Made by a program: the position numbers and the translations under genes
Part shown: positions 49,209-61,800 of the stretch, piece by piece
Layout: each line of letters begins with the position of its first letter
Numbering within the stretch: the stretch's first letter is position 1
The notes under the pieces: model-generated
The model's input: the letters and a program-made list of their open reading frames with translations, nothing else
What the model was told of the DNA's origin: nothing
Database searches by the model: none
Assembly: GCA_004431415.1 (NCBI GenBank)
Contig: QPMI01000618.1
Location: forward strand, 37,311-101,310
Length of the DNA: 64,000 bases
Direction: 5' to 3'
From: Cyanophora paradoxa CCMP329
Lineage: Eukaryota > Plantae > Glaucophyta

Positions 49209-52200
49209 TCACGGGGCGAAGGGCACCCCCGGGGGGCGGTAGGGGCGCGAGGGGCGAGTCGGCGTCACTGGGGCCCCGCACGCAGCGCCGGCGCCGGCGC
49301 CGCCGGGCGGCACCGCCGGGGGCGGCAGGGCCCGAGGGGGCGTCGCGGGCGAAGGCAGGTCCGGGTACGGCGCAGGCGGCCGCGGGTCCGTCCACGCGCA
49401 CGGGCCGTACCCCGGAGGGGCGCCGACGTCGGGGCAGGGCGGGCTCGAATGTCGGCGAGAAGGACGGAAGCGGCGGGAAGCTTGAGCCGAGCGGCGGGTC
49501 GAGCCCGCGATCGGAGGGCGGCCGCGGCGGGTGCTGCGACGGCGGCGCCGACGTCGACGGGAGCGCCGCTTGCGAGGCGCCCGCCGGCGTCTCGTGCATC
49601 GGCTCTGCGGGACCGGCCGCGGTGGGAGCCAGCGCCAGCGGGGGGAAGTGGGCTTCGTATACGTATGCAGCGCCCGCTGGAGCCAGCGAGCCTCGCGCCG
49701 ATATCGATCGCGAGCTCGAGCCCGCCGTCGACTGCCCCGCGCTGCTGCCGGCGCCTCCAGGCCGGGAGGCTGCGGCGGCTGCGCATGCGGCGACACGAGC
49801 TGCGGCGTCGCGGGCTGCGGCTGGCCTGGTTTCGCGGACAAGGCCAAACTTGCATTCTGCAGCGAAACCCCTGGTCGCTTCAGATCTAGAGCTTCGGCCG
49901 GCCGCGGGGGCGAGGGAAAACGCACGGCACCGATTCCGCGCCGCTCCGCAGACGTCGACTCGGCCATTGCCAGTTTTTGCCGGGCGTGCGCCGCGCTCCC
50001 CATGTGCTGCGTTGTACCATGCCCGTCAGGTATATATTTCTTTGCATGAATTGCGCAAATCCAGAAGGGATTGTGGCGCCTATAATTAATCAAGGACGTT
50101 GCAATACGTTGCAATTCGCGGCCCATCGCGGGTACCTGATCGCGCTGGGCGACGCTGTTGAAAGCCTTCGAGCACAAATCGCAGGTGAGCTCTTGGGACC
50201 GCGCAGCTGTCGGTCCGGCCGCAGGGGCCGGCTTCGAAGAGCTCGCGGCGCAAGGTTGCACGCGAGCCAGTGCACGTGGCTGCGCATTGATTTTCCGCTG
50301 CGGCTCAGGCGGCGGGTTCCTCGCAGCGCTGGCTTCGCCTTTCTTGATGTCGGCCGAGCTGGCAACTGCCGACTGCCTGGCTTGCTTCGAATTCGCGTCG
50401 GCGCCCGGCTTGCAAATCTGCGTGCGTGTGGACGTCGATTTCGCACGAAATTGCAAATTTCGCGCAATCGCGAAATAATAAATTCAAAGTGTGCATCGAG
50501 CTCAAAGAGCTTGAGGTCGCAAAGGATCACCTTAAAGGCGACTATCGTCGATGAACACTGGGCAGTTGGGCACGCCGTGCCAATGACCTGCTTCCCGCGC
50601 TGCCTCTTCATCCTGTTCCTGCGGACGGAAATGCAATTTGAAGGTCAAAATCGCTCGAATGCAGAGGCGGCGCGCAAAGCATATAGAGCGCAGGTATACG
50701 TACCAGCACGTCTTGTGTAGCGTTCCGCAAGCATCCCCAGCTCCCGCACCAGTCTCGTCTTCAGCGCTATTCTTGCAGAAAACCTCCACAAATCTTTGCT
50801 CGCGCGCGAATCAAGTTCGAAATCTTGCGAGAGCTACTCTAACAATTTTGAGAAGCTAGCGCTGTTCACGTGGCGCACTCTTCGGAGGGCTTGATGTCAC
50901 CTCCAAGCTCGCAGCTCGGATCGCAGCACTTTCGGGACGGCTGCTGCTGCTGCGCATGCCGGAGCACGGTACTCACGGTCGACCTCGTCTGATCATGGGC
51001 CTGCGGTGCAGACCGGTGCCGCAAATTAAAGTGGACGCGAGCTCGAAGCGCGCTTGACATCTTAAAGGTGATGCGGTTCGATTTCGCACCTCATGCTCGC
51101 CTGAATTTCTGGGGTCGCTTTGAGGCGGCTGCTGGTCTTCGACAGCTTGCGCCGCGCTCTCTGCCCGGCTGTCCCGCGTCCGCTCCTCCGGCGACTCCGC
51201 CCGGTGCGGGCGCGCCGCCGCCGCCGCCGCAGCGTCGATCATCCCCTGAGCTCTGAGCCGTCGCTCGCGCGCCCTGCACGGGCGCCACAATTTCGAATGA
51301 GCTCAAGCTTGGCTCTACGACGCCGCAGCGCGCAGCAGCGTCAACGGACCGCTCGGCTAAAGCAAGCAGGGCGCCCTCTGCCCCCGGCACCCCCGCGGCG
51401 CGCTCGACGGCCTCGCACTCCTCCGCGCACTCCGCGTACCGCGCCAAGCCGTGCAGCGCCTCTGCGGCGGTGGCGAGCGTCACGGGAAGCCGGCGGGGCG
51501 CAGGCATTGAAGGAGGGCTGACGGGCGCGGCCGAGCCGGGCCTCGGCGTGGTCGGGAGAGTGCTGCGGGGCACGTTGTCAGCCTGAGCGAAGAGAAAGTG
51601 TTTTTAGTTATAATTAGGTCATGAACCTTCAGCGCCGCGTCGAACGATCTGAGAGCGTCTTTCCATCGAGAGGCCTTCGCCATTGTCGATCCGAGCGATA
51701 CCAGACGATGCTTTGTGAATGTAGAGTTCGCACATCAGTGCAGTTAAATCTGAATGCAAATAAAGAATGCAATTTTCAAGCCGCTTACAGCATTCGCTTC
51801 GTCTGTACATGTAGGCGCGGATACAGCGTCTGCATGCGCAGCGCCGTCCTTGAAATCCGGCTGGACTTGCTCTTGAGATGGCCCGGCCTTGAACTCCTGT
51901 GAAACGATATCGATGCAATTAACGGTTCAATTTATTTCGAAAAAGCTTCGGAATCATGCGATGCGATTAACACTACGAATGTACATTTTGCGTATCGCGC
52001 GTGGGCATGCGCACCGCTTCGCAATTCGTGTTTGAAGGAGAGGCCTCTTCGCCCGCAACGGAAGCACCGCGCGCCAGCAGACCCCGTACCACTCGAAGCT
52101 CCGCTTCATTCACCGCTCGAAGTCTCTCCAGCCAGAACAAGAGCCGCCTCCTGTTCCGCTCCAGCAGAGCCACGAGCTCGCGATCGGTGACAGCTGCAGC

Positions 52201-55200
52201 GGGAACGCTGGATGAGCCTTGACCTCCCGCTGCTTTGGTCTGCGCCGCATCACACAGAATTTTGAGCACTCGCGAAACAGAATTTCCAGGATCAAATTCG
52301 CCGCGAAACCGAATGCACCTGAAATTGAGCCGCAGAATCGGTTGCGGCAGGAATGCTGGATGGGCCTTGTCCGCCCGCTATTGTCCGCTCGCGAGAAAGT
52401 ACCTCCGCGAGCAAAATCGACAGATCCACGTGCAGTCTTGCCGTCGCTTGCAGCTTCTGCGGAGAGGCCGACTTGGCGCTCGAAGGCACCGGCCGCGGCG
52501 CCAGCTGCAGGTCGCTGAGAGCGGTGGCAAGGGACCCGATCCGCTCGCGCTCGGACTCCGTGAGCGTGCACGGGGCGCCCTCGAGCCCGAGGACAGCCGC
52601 CGCCGCCGCAGTGGCCAGCTGCTCCAGATCGCGATCGCAGTCGTGTGCAGAGTCTGCGTCGACGCCGCCGCCGCCGCCTTGAAGCACCGCCCGCGCCACG
52701 CGCTCCGCCCGCTCAGCGCGCTCCATCTCTTGAGCTGCTCCCTCGTGGCTTCTGTACATGTGCTCGCGATAGGCGTTTATATTTACATCTTTGCTTTCTT
52801 CGCTTCATGATCAAATACACCAACCTTGGACCGAGCGGAAGCATTCGAAAGCGCACGCCATCGGGATGATTTCCAACGTGGATTGGAAACCCTGGGCGGA
52901 TATTCTACAATTCCTGAGCAGAATATTTGCTAATAGGCTGCACCGGGGAAGGAAGTGGACAGTTCTTGCTCGAGAACGTTTCGAACGTCGATAAAGGACG
53001 ATGTCACAAGAGTCGGCCCAATACCAGACTCGGAGTTCGCCGGCAGTTCAAAGAAGACAGGAAGGTTGGAGATACGCGGATTCCCAGCGGAAACTCCCAG
53101 ATGCAATAGCAAAGCGCTTCCCATGAAATTGAACTGTGGATAAATCAAGTAAGTATAAATCCAGCTCAATTGAAAGGTGTGAATGAATGCGCCCGCCTCT
53201 TTCAACGAGTCGTCCGCCGCTTGCATGAGAGCATATTTGAGGCTTCTCCAGCATCCTGAACCTGTATACGTAGTTTGAAACGCTCATATGCATATATATA
53301 CATCTAAGTATCGAAATCCGCCAAAGACAACACATTAACTGTCTTAGTCAATGGTCAATCCTACCTGCTAAGGTCGGAAGAGACCCAATAGTGCAGAGTG
53401 TACATGCCCCAGCGAACTCCCATCCAAGGAGCTGCTTGTATGTCGCATGTGTTTGCAACGGAGCTCGCTTCATCGACGAATGGTACACTGAATTCGCGAC
53501 CTGGCGCGGATGACGGGTGTGCAATGGGCTCAGGAGCTCGCTAGTTATAGCACAGCACGTCTTAATCCGGAGGCGCACCTGCAAAGCGTCGAAGACCTCG
53601 TTGTGGCGCCAGTCCCGTGACCGCGCCTGTTTGAAGATGGCCGGGAGGCGTTCGGGGAAAGTCTTGAAGAGATCTCGGACGGCTTGCCCGTTCACATCGT
53701 TCGGATTCAACTTCCACGCGACAATACACTTTGCTGCATCTGATCGGAAAACACGCAGAAACTCGAAATGCAGCTGCAGGCCTAGGGATATCGATCCGGC
53801 ATGTGCACGTGCGCACCATCACAGAATTCTGTGAGGCCTGGTATGGTGATTGAAGACCCCGTCTTTGCATTTTGCAGCTGCAGATATAAAGAATAATTCC
53901 TGATAGAGTTTTCATGGTCTCGGGCTTCATGATCAGGCGTCCAGTGCTGTGACGAAAGGAAGGATTCGAATTCAAAGCGCTTGGTGCAGAAGTCTCCCAT
54001 TACCATAAATGGATCTGAAGGGGAAAGAAGACGCAGAAACTGAACACAGAATAATATGAACGAATAATAATCGCAGCGAACCATAAATCCCCGCATGGAC
54101 TGCTGCAAAAACTCCTTCACAATAATTGCAAGAACCGTCCTGAAGCGCAGAGCAGAATCCTGCAAGACCGCAATCTTTTCGGTTGAACGCGAAGGGCGAC
54201 CCACTCCATTCGACGACATCGACGTAATTCCTTTCCTCGCACGCGAATCGAACTGTCGCAAAAACGATCGCGTCAGAATAAGGGCCTTGTCGTATACATG
54301 AACGAGTAGCTTGAGTAGGGTTTTCAGAAATTAAACATAAAATGCAAAATTACCAATCTCAACAGGAGCGCCCGTGGAACGGTTGACGAAGGCGATAGGT
54401 GCGGGCCAGTGCCCCTGATCTGACGTTGGTCTGACAATGGTATGAAGTTCTTCATCGAGAAGCGACGCGTCAAGACAGAGGGAGCGAGCGATGAGCGCGT
54501 CGCCAGCTGTGCATGTGTCTGCTCCAAGCCATATGGAGCGCAGAGCGTGCCGGACCGTCTGCCGTTCACCTGGCCGGTCGAACCAGCACTTGTCAGCCAA
54601 TTCAAAGAATACAACTTCTTTAAAGGGAGCATTAGCGCTAGCATTGACATCGATATCTTACATTTCAGGAGAGAAGTACGCAGGAGCTCTTGAACGATGT
54701 AACGCTTGAAGAAGCGCAAGGACACGGGCGCTGTTACGTATTCCCCTCTGTGCGCTCCGAGAGCGCCGAGCAGCTTGTTCACCAGCTTGTCGGTCGTAGA
54801 TCCGGATCCAGAGGATGCACCACGCTCTTCTGGATCCGGACTGGCAATACCGAGGATCACCTGGAACGTCTCCCGAAGGTATCCTTGCACTCGAAGAAGC
54901 TCGGATGAATTAGGGTCTCTGTTCTTGTACACACCGACGCAGTGAAGTTGGTCAAACCAAACTGCAGACGCTCTGAGCACTAAAGAGTACAAATGCATAT
55001 GCGGCGAGCTCCACTTACTGTAGATTAAACCTGGAAAGGAAACAAAGAGAACGGTCAATACCTAAGAATTCTTCCGATTGCGAGCGCGCGAAAGGACGCA
55101 CGCCGAATTTGCTTGGCGTCCTCCATCGCGCGCAATGTACCCTCCGCTTCGAATCCAATGACCGGATCCGGTGTCGACGTGGCCGCGAAAAGCTTCTTCT

Positions 55201-58176
55201 CTATTTGAAAATAGTTTAAACAGAGAGAATCCAAACAAAAAGGTATCTATTAATATAAGAGCCCACTTAGAATTCACCTGGAACTTCTAAACCCTGGCTG
55301 CTCCGTAAATCCTGCCGGGAAACGAGGTCCTCCGGCCGGGACGCGCTTGAATCGATCCACAGAGCCACCGGCCACACCAGTCTTTGAAACACTGCAGCGA
55401 TTTTACTATATGGGAGGAAACGGCTACAAAGAAAAGCTCTAATTGATTTGCAGACTCACATGGGACGAGCGTTTTGAGATACTCCTTCTCCTGGGGTCTC
55501 CAAGTGTTGTCGTCGCTGGGCGCTGCCTCCGCTGGAGATGCTGTCAGTCTGACAATACGGCTGCTCTAATTGGTCAAGCGAACCGTGGAGATGCGAGCCC
55601 AAGTCAGCGACAAGGCGAGCGAAGGCGCGGCACGCCTCAACGTCCACCGGCTGCGGACCCGCCGACAGCCACAGCCATTTGCACAGGATCGCTTTGAAAT
55701 ATTGCAGCTGTGTCGAGCGTCTCTGCTGCTGCCTTTCATAATCGTCTGCATAAATGCGTAAGCTGGATTGGAGCTCGAGATGATCAAACAAGTTTTGCTG
55801 ACCGTTTCGGATGCTTAATCTATCGAGATCCGTGGTCCGCCTTGCGAGCATTGCCCGTGCGCGATTGGCATCGTCGAAGGTCTCGAAAGCGAAGCTGCTC
55901 AGATGCGCCCCCGGATCGAGAATGCCGTGCTTGATGAAGTGGCCTATCATCACTATCTTGCGGTGTGCTTCATCGGCATCGTTCATCCACTTGATGAGAC
56001 TGGCCGGAGAGATGGATGCAGCCGACGCCGAAGAATGCTGGCGATGGGACCCATTTTCAGTCGAATATTAATGCTAAACTAAGACATAAATGCTAAAACG
56101 TCTTCGCGTCAACGTCCGGCATGGAATTCGAAATGCGTCGCACCAACTGATCGGTTGACTGTCGCATTCGAATTCGTGCAGTCCCGTCGTAGCTTCTTGG
56201 GCGCCGCGCGTACTTGCCCATGAGGCTGCGAGGCAGCCGCCCCGTCGCGTAGAGCCACGCGACGCGGTTCGCGATCGAGGCCGGCCGCCGGTCGCGGAAC
56301 TGCACCATCATAAAACGTTAATGCGACATGTGCTAGTTTACGTATATACTGTATCTTTGATTTGTGATTGCTTTGTTGTCTTTAATATCACTACCTACGG
56401 GGGGTTCGCCCCACCGTAGTCTCTCAAAAAATACAGCCGCTAATTATAATTATAATGCTTATATAATAAAAAGAAGTGCGCGATCATATATATAAACTGT
56501 TAACGCGACAGTCGCTTACTACAGTGCTTAGATGCATTCGTAGGCCTGCTCACACATGGGAGGCGAATGAAATTGATTATAAGCACCATTGCGTCGGCTG
56601 TGCAGATGTTGACATACACATTGTCCCACGGCCTTTCCTGGTCCAACGGCAGGCCGGTGAGAGGATCAAGCACATGGTCGAGGATTTCGAGCAGTCTTTC
56701 GTCCTCGCGCTGCGAGTAAGGCCGCTCGCCGGCCAGTGAAGGTTCTCCCGACTCGTATCCCCGCGGCAGCCGATCGATGGGCGTGCCGCGGATCCGGAAG
56801 GGGGCACGTGCAGTGGGCCGCAACGTTATGACTTTCGTGGCCGGCAGCGCGTCACCCCACTGCTGAAAAGCGTGGAGCCTTTGTCGAATGAGCTCATCGA
56901 GTGCGGCTTCGGTTTCGGCCCATTCTCGAAGGCTCGGGCTGAGCTCGAGATCCCGGAGATCGCAGACTGCCAGAGAATTTGAGTTCAGAAAGCGGGTTCG
57001 CACTGAGAGAATCTAAATTAAATTAACTTTTACTCACGTGGAAAAACCACCTTTGGAGAGTATGGCCTTTCGCCTGGATCCCAGTGCCTGTACAAGTGCA
57101 AGGAATTCGAAACCAGGATTAATGTGGAGCCACATTAATATTTAGATGCACTGCGCCAATCGGAAATAGCGCCCCCCTGGCCTTTTTGTTTCTTTGTTTC
57201 TTTGTGAACAGCGGCGATGGGATAATATCAATCGCTCTCAAAACTAATATCAATATTAATGCGCGATGAAAAGCGTATTTAGCGCACGGCAACCGAATGC
57301 TGGCCTGTGCTGCAGCTTTGTACACTGCGCAACATTGTGTGTCACAACGTTAACGCTGCGCATGCAACAGCGCAACCTGCAGCTGCTGCAGCTGGCGGGT
57401 CTACTTCTCAACCTCTCACCTCGAGCGCTTACATCGAGTAGCACATACACAGGAGACGCGCACTCGTCGCGAATGAGTTGCATGGAATTCTCGATTGCTG
57501 CAGAGCTGATCCCGTGACCAGACGCCCGCGACGATCGAATCAGTCGCACGATCTTGTCACGGTCCGTGCAGTTCCGATCTCGAAGTAGCTTGGAGAACCA
57601 AGCCGCTTTTATCATCATGTTTTTGCTCCCGAAATTTAAAAGGTCAGTCTCCGGATCTGGGCTTGCGCCAAACGCCAAGATCAGAACCTCCCGATCGATA
57701 GGGACTCCGTTGATTTCATGGATCTGGATTACCATTTTCGTCGGAATTTCAAAATGGGCTGTCTATAGCTAGAGTTTGAGGCGAGGAAAACCACTGCACA
57801 TACGCACCCGCATCGCAAATTCGTAGAAATTGGCCGTCGCTTCTGACAGGCGCAGAGTTTGCGTGTCGACTTGTATAGCGTCGGGAGCCTGAACATGGGT
57901 GCATCGCGTGAGCTGCGCATGCAAGCGCGGGGAGCCGCAGCTGCAGCCGCGCGCGCGCGTGGGGCACCTCGGGTCCTCCGCGCCCGATGACATTGAAAGT
58001 CACGACCGATTCTGCATTGTTGGCGGCACCTGCGTGCATTCTATTCATTGAAAAGTCGCCCATCGCGAGAAACTCCACGATCATTCAAAGAGCGCGGTCG
58101 CGCATGCGTATGCGCAGCGCGCGCGCACTTGGTTCTGTCGTGGATGTCGAAGAAGGCGCGCCGCCCGAGCCCGCAT
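49209..58176 (-). CDS. Paralogue 2: same architecture as paralogue 1 plus about 4.8 kb of additional exons (~51950-56700) of unknown fold (start approximate)
   Basis: Shared exons GRGGPE-APDAIQVDTQTLRLSEAT, QIHEINGVPIDREVL, WAETEAALDELIR, TPR, Cys-rich domain, CDLCSKAFNS finger; extra open exon-like segments such as HRKIVMIGHFIKHGILDPG, FFKRYIVQELLRTSLL, LRFRTVLAIIVKEFLQ, DWRHNEVFDALQ-VANSVYH, FNFMGSALLLHLG. Confidence 0.68.
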
Positions 58177-58601
58177 GCTTTCGGGCTTTCGGAGGCATGT
58201 GAGCGCGCGCATGCACGGCCGCGTACGCGTGGCACAGTGTATAAGCGCCCGGCTATAGCTAGTTCCGACGAGAGCCGCAATCTTGCCAGATCGAGGAAAA
58301 TATACCGTTTCGAGGGAAGATCAATCCGCGGTATCAATGATTGGCCAAGAAGATCGAGGGAGATCAATCCGCGGCCGATGATCGCGGACCCCCATGGCCA
58401 ATGATTGGAATTTGAAAAGGCTTTAGAATTTGCCAAGTTGTGCCCCTCGAGCTCCTCGAGCTTTCTCTTAAGCTTGCAATTGCAGACTCTGTCGTGAAAC
58501 CCGGGGGCCGGCGAAGACCTCCCGGGGCGGAATTCTCCTGATCATCGCATCATGATCATGATCATGATCGAGGGGGCTCTGGCTGTGGCCATATGATAGT
58601 G

Positions 58602-58644
58602 TGGGAGATCCTAATTTTCTAGCTATAGGGGGAATTCGAAAGGG
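58602..58644. repeat. Second copy of the 43-bp conserved block
   Basis: Identical to 48384-48426. Confidence 0.9.
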
Positions 58645-58813
58645 AACATTGATTAGCCAAGCACCATTACATATTTTCGTTACGTACATAAAAATAGCCA
58701 AGCACAATTATAGAACACACGCAGGTCGATAAGCGCCCCCCGAATAGGGGCAGGAGGGCCGGGGGCGGGGGCGGGGGCGCAAGGGGTAGAGGAGAGGTGG
58801 AGGGGTCGAGCTC

Positions 58814-61800
58814 TCAGCGGCGGAGCCAGGTGATGCGGCGGAGGGCGTGGGCCTTGAGGAGCTCGAAGAGGGCGAGGTAGGCGAGGAGGACGCCCACGTT
58901 GGGCCAGCGCCGCTCCGCCCCCAGCCCGTACCGCGAGAGCAGCGCGTCCCCGTTCGGGAAGCACTGGCCCCGCGCCGCCAGCCTGCCCCGCGCCGGACGG
59001 ATTCGGATGGGGGGGGAGGAGCAGGGGAAGGGTCCCCTGGGCCCTGGGCGGGACGGGTCGGGGGCGGGCGCACGAGGGCGGGCAGTCGGGAAGGCGGAGG
59101 CCGCCGAGCTCGTTGCCGGCCAGCCCCTCGAAGGGGTACCTGCGAAAGCGAAAGAGCGAGCGGCCGGCCGGTCGGTCGCCCAGGGGGCGAGGGTTGACGC
59201 GCTTTATCGTGACATAAAGCAGCGCTGAAGGCGTTATTCTTTGGAAGGCGAGGAGTCGGCGTCGCGCACTTGAACCAGAGGATGTAGTAGAGCCACCTCC
59301 ACGCCGTCGGGATGTCCGGCGCCGGGATCTGCCCCCGCCCCCGCCGGGTCGCGGCCGGCCGTCGCGGCCGAGGGGATTGCAAACGGGAAGAGACGGGTAC
59401 CATGAATCCTGCGAAGAAGGCGCCCAGGGCGAGCGACGCGGAGCCGATCGACATCGCCACCGGCGCAACCTGCCGCCCCAACCGCTCGCTAAAGAGACGG
59501 GGGTACGGAAAGATACGGGGGGTACCGGGAGGGCCATGGCGAAGTACTCGGTGATGGACGTCACGAAGAGTGTCCAGACGGACATGAGAAGGATCGCATA
59601 CCCCAGCCGCCTGCGGGGTGGCGGTTCAAGGCAGCACACGGGGCGGTTCGGGGACCGCGCGGAGGGCGTACCCGTCGTCGAGCCGGAAGTGGCAGAGGGG
59701 GTACGAGATGAGGACGAAGACGATGACCGTCGAGATGTTGAACAGGCCGTTCACCTGCGGGGGGTACGGCGTGAGTGTGGGGGGAGGCCGCGGAGCAGCG
59801 GGGGTACGCTGCGCGCCAAGAAGTTGGAGGCCTGCCACGCGGCGGGGCTGACGAGGCCTGCGGGCGGGCCGCGCTGAGGGGCGGGCGCGCGGCCCTGGAG
59901 CAAGTGCCGGAAGGGCGGAGCATCGCACCCTGCGCCCTCTCCCTGTAGTACACCTGCCGGCGCCGCGTCGGGCGGGCAAAACGGGGGGGAGAAGGGGGGG
60001 GGGGGGGGGGGGGTGGTGAGCAGGCGGACCTCGCGAAGGGAGAAGTGGCTCGCGATGTCGGCGATGCCGCTGCGCACACAAAGTGAACACCCCAACCAGC
60101 GCACGAAACGGGCGGAGCGGACGAAAAGGGCGGGGCGGGGGAGGGGGAGGGGGGTACCGGAAGTAGACGAAGAGGAAGAGGACGAAGATGACGGAGAGGC
60201 GGAGGCGCGCCTCGGCCTGCGAGAGCCCCAGCCCGTACCTGCCCGCCCGGCCCGCCCCCGCCGTCAGCCGCCGCCAGCCGCCTGGCGAGAGAGGGAGGAG
60301 GGGGAGGAGGGGGGGGGGGGGGGGGGGGGGGGCACCAGGTTGTGCCGGCGACGATCGCCATGCCGATCGTGCTGCGCGGCGAGGGCGGCTCAGACAGGGG
60401 GCCGGGGCGGGGCGGGGCGGGCGGAGGGGGCGGCGGGGCGCCTGAGGAGGCGTGCGAGGAGGGCGGCGCGCATGCGCCAGAGCCAGCGGCGGCGGCGGTC
60501 GGCGAGGAGGAGCGTCTCCCGGAGGAAGCCGGGGCGCCGCGGCGGCTGCGGCGCCTCCGACGCCAGCACTGCCGCCCCAGCGGCTAAGTGGGGGCGGCGG
60601 GGCGGCGGGGGCGGCGGCGGCGGCGGCGGCGGGGGCGGCGCACGGGACGAGTCAAGCTCGTGGATCGTCTTCGAGACGGCCGCGGCCAGCGGGCTCGCCT
60701 GTGAGACGGGCCCCGCCGTCAGGTGCCCGGCGTGGGCAAAGGCGGGCGATGGATGGTGCGGGGCGTGGCGTGGCTAGCTTGGAGACTCCTATCGCATCAA
60801 CTTGGACCGTCCCCGGCGGCTGGCAGGCGAAGGCGGGCGGGGCGGCGGTGGCAGGCGGGCGGGGCGGCGGTGGCGGGGCGCACCTGGAACATGGCGGCGA
60901 CCTCCGCCGCGGCGCGCGGGTTCTTCGCCGCCGGCCCGGCCGGCGCATCCGCCGCCGCCGCCCCCGCCGCCGCCGCCTTCGGCACTCGCCCGCCGGCCAC
61001 CTGCATACATGCACGGCGCCGGTCAGCCATTTAACCAGCCGGCCCGGCAGAGGCGGAGGCGAGGCGGCGGGGCGGGGCGGGGCGAGCGGACGCGCCTCGA
61101 TGATGAAGTCGGCCGGGTTGCGGAGGGGCGGCATCGCGTAGCCCAGCGACGCGAAGAAGGAGAGCACGGAGCAGGAGCGCTCCCCCAGCTCCCCTACGTA
61201 GATCGAATCGGTCAGCTTCCTTTGGCTTCCGGGGCGGGGCGGGGCGGGGCGGGGTACGCACCGCAGAAGACGGGGAGGCCGCCGGCGCCCAGGAGGATCA
61301 GGTAGTCGAACAGGAAGAAGAGCGGCTGCGCGTGGCGGCTCATTGCGGGCAAGGCGGAGAGAGGGGTGCGGGGAAAGGCGGGCGGGCGGGGGGGCGTGCC
61401 TGGGAGGGCTGGTGGACGGTGGCGACCACCGCGCGGCCGCCCGACGCGATCCGGCGCAGCAGCTGCGCCCCGCCTGTCGGCGCGCGCCGCGCCGCGCCGC
61501 GCCCCCCCTGGCACACGCACCCGCCCAATGCGGAGGGCGGCGCCCGAGTCGAGGCCCGTCGTCGGCTGCGGGGCGGGGCGGGGCGGGGGCAAGCGAGTGA
61601 GAGGCAGCCGGCCCGGCCGGGTGCCGAGGCGGGGGCGGCCGCTCGCCTCGTCGAGGAAGAGGAGGAGGGGCCGCGGGACGAGCTCCATGGCGATGCACGT
61701 CCGCTTCCGCATCTGAGGGAGGGCGAGACTCAGAGGAAACCGAGGAGAAGAGGAGGAGAGGAGGAGAAGAAAGGCGGGCCTCGACGGGGATGCCCCCGGT

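Noticed and set aside
48530-50089. 519-aa plus-strand ORF as a transposase or captured gene
   Set aside because: It runs through the non-autonomous element into the antisense of paralogue 2 and has no HUH Rep, helicase or DDE motifs.
53470-53620. HEPN RxxxxH motif in paralogue 2 (LQ-VANSVYH)
   Set aside because: The catalytic Arg is absent and the similarity is too short to support without a profile search.
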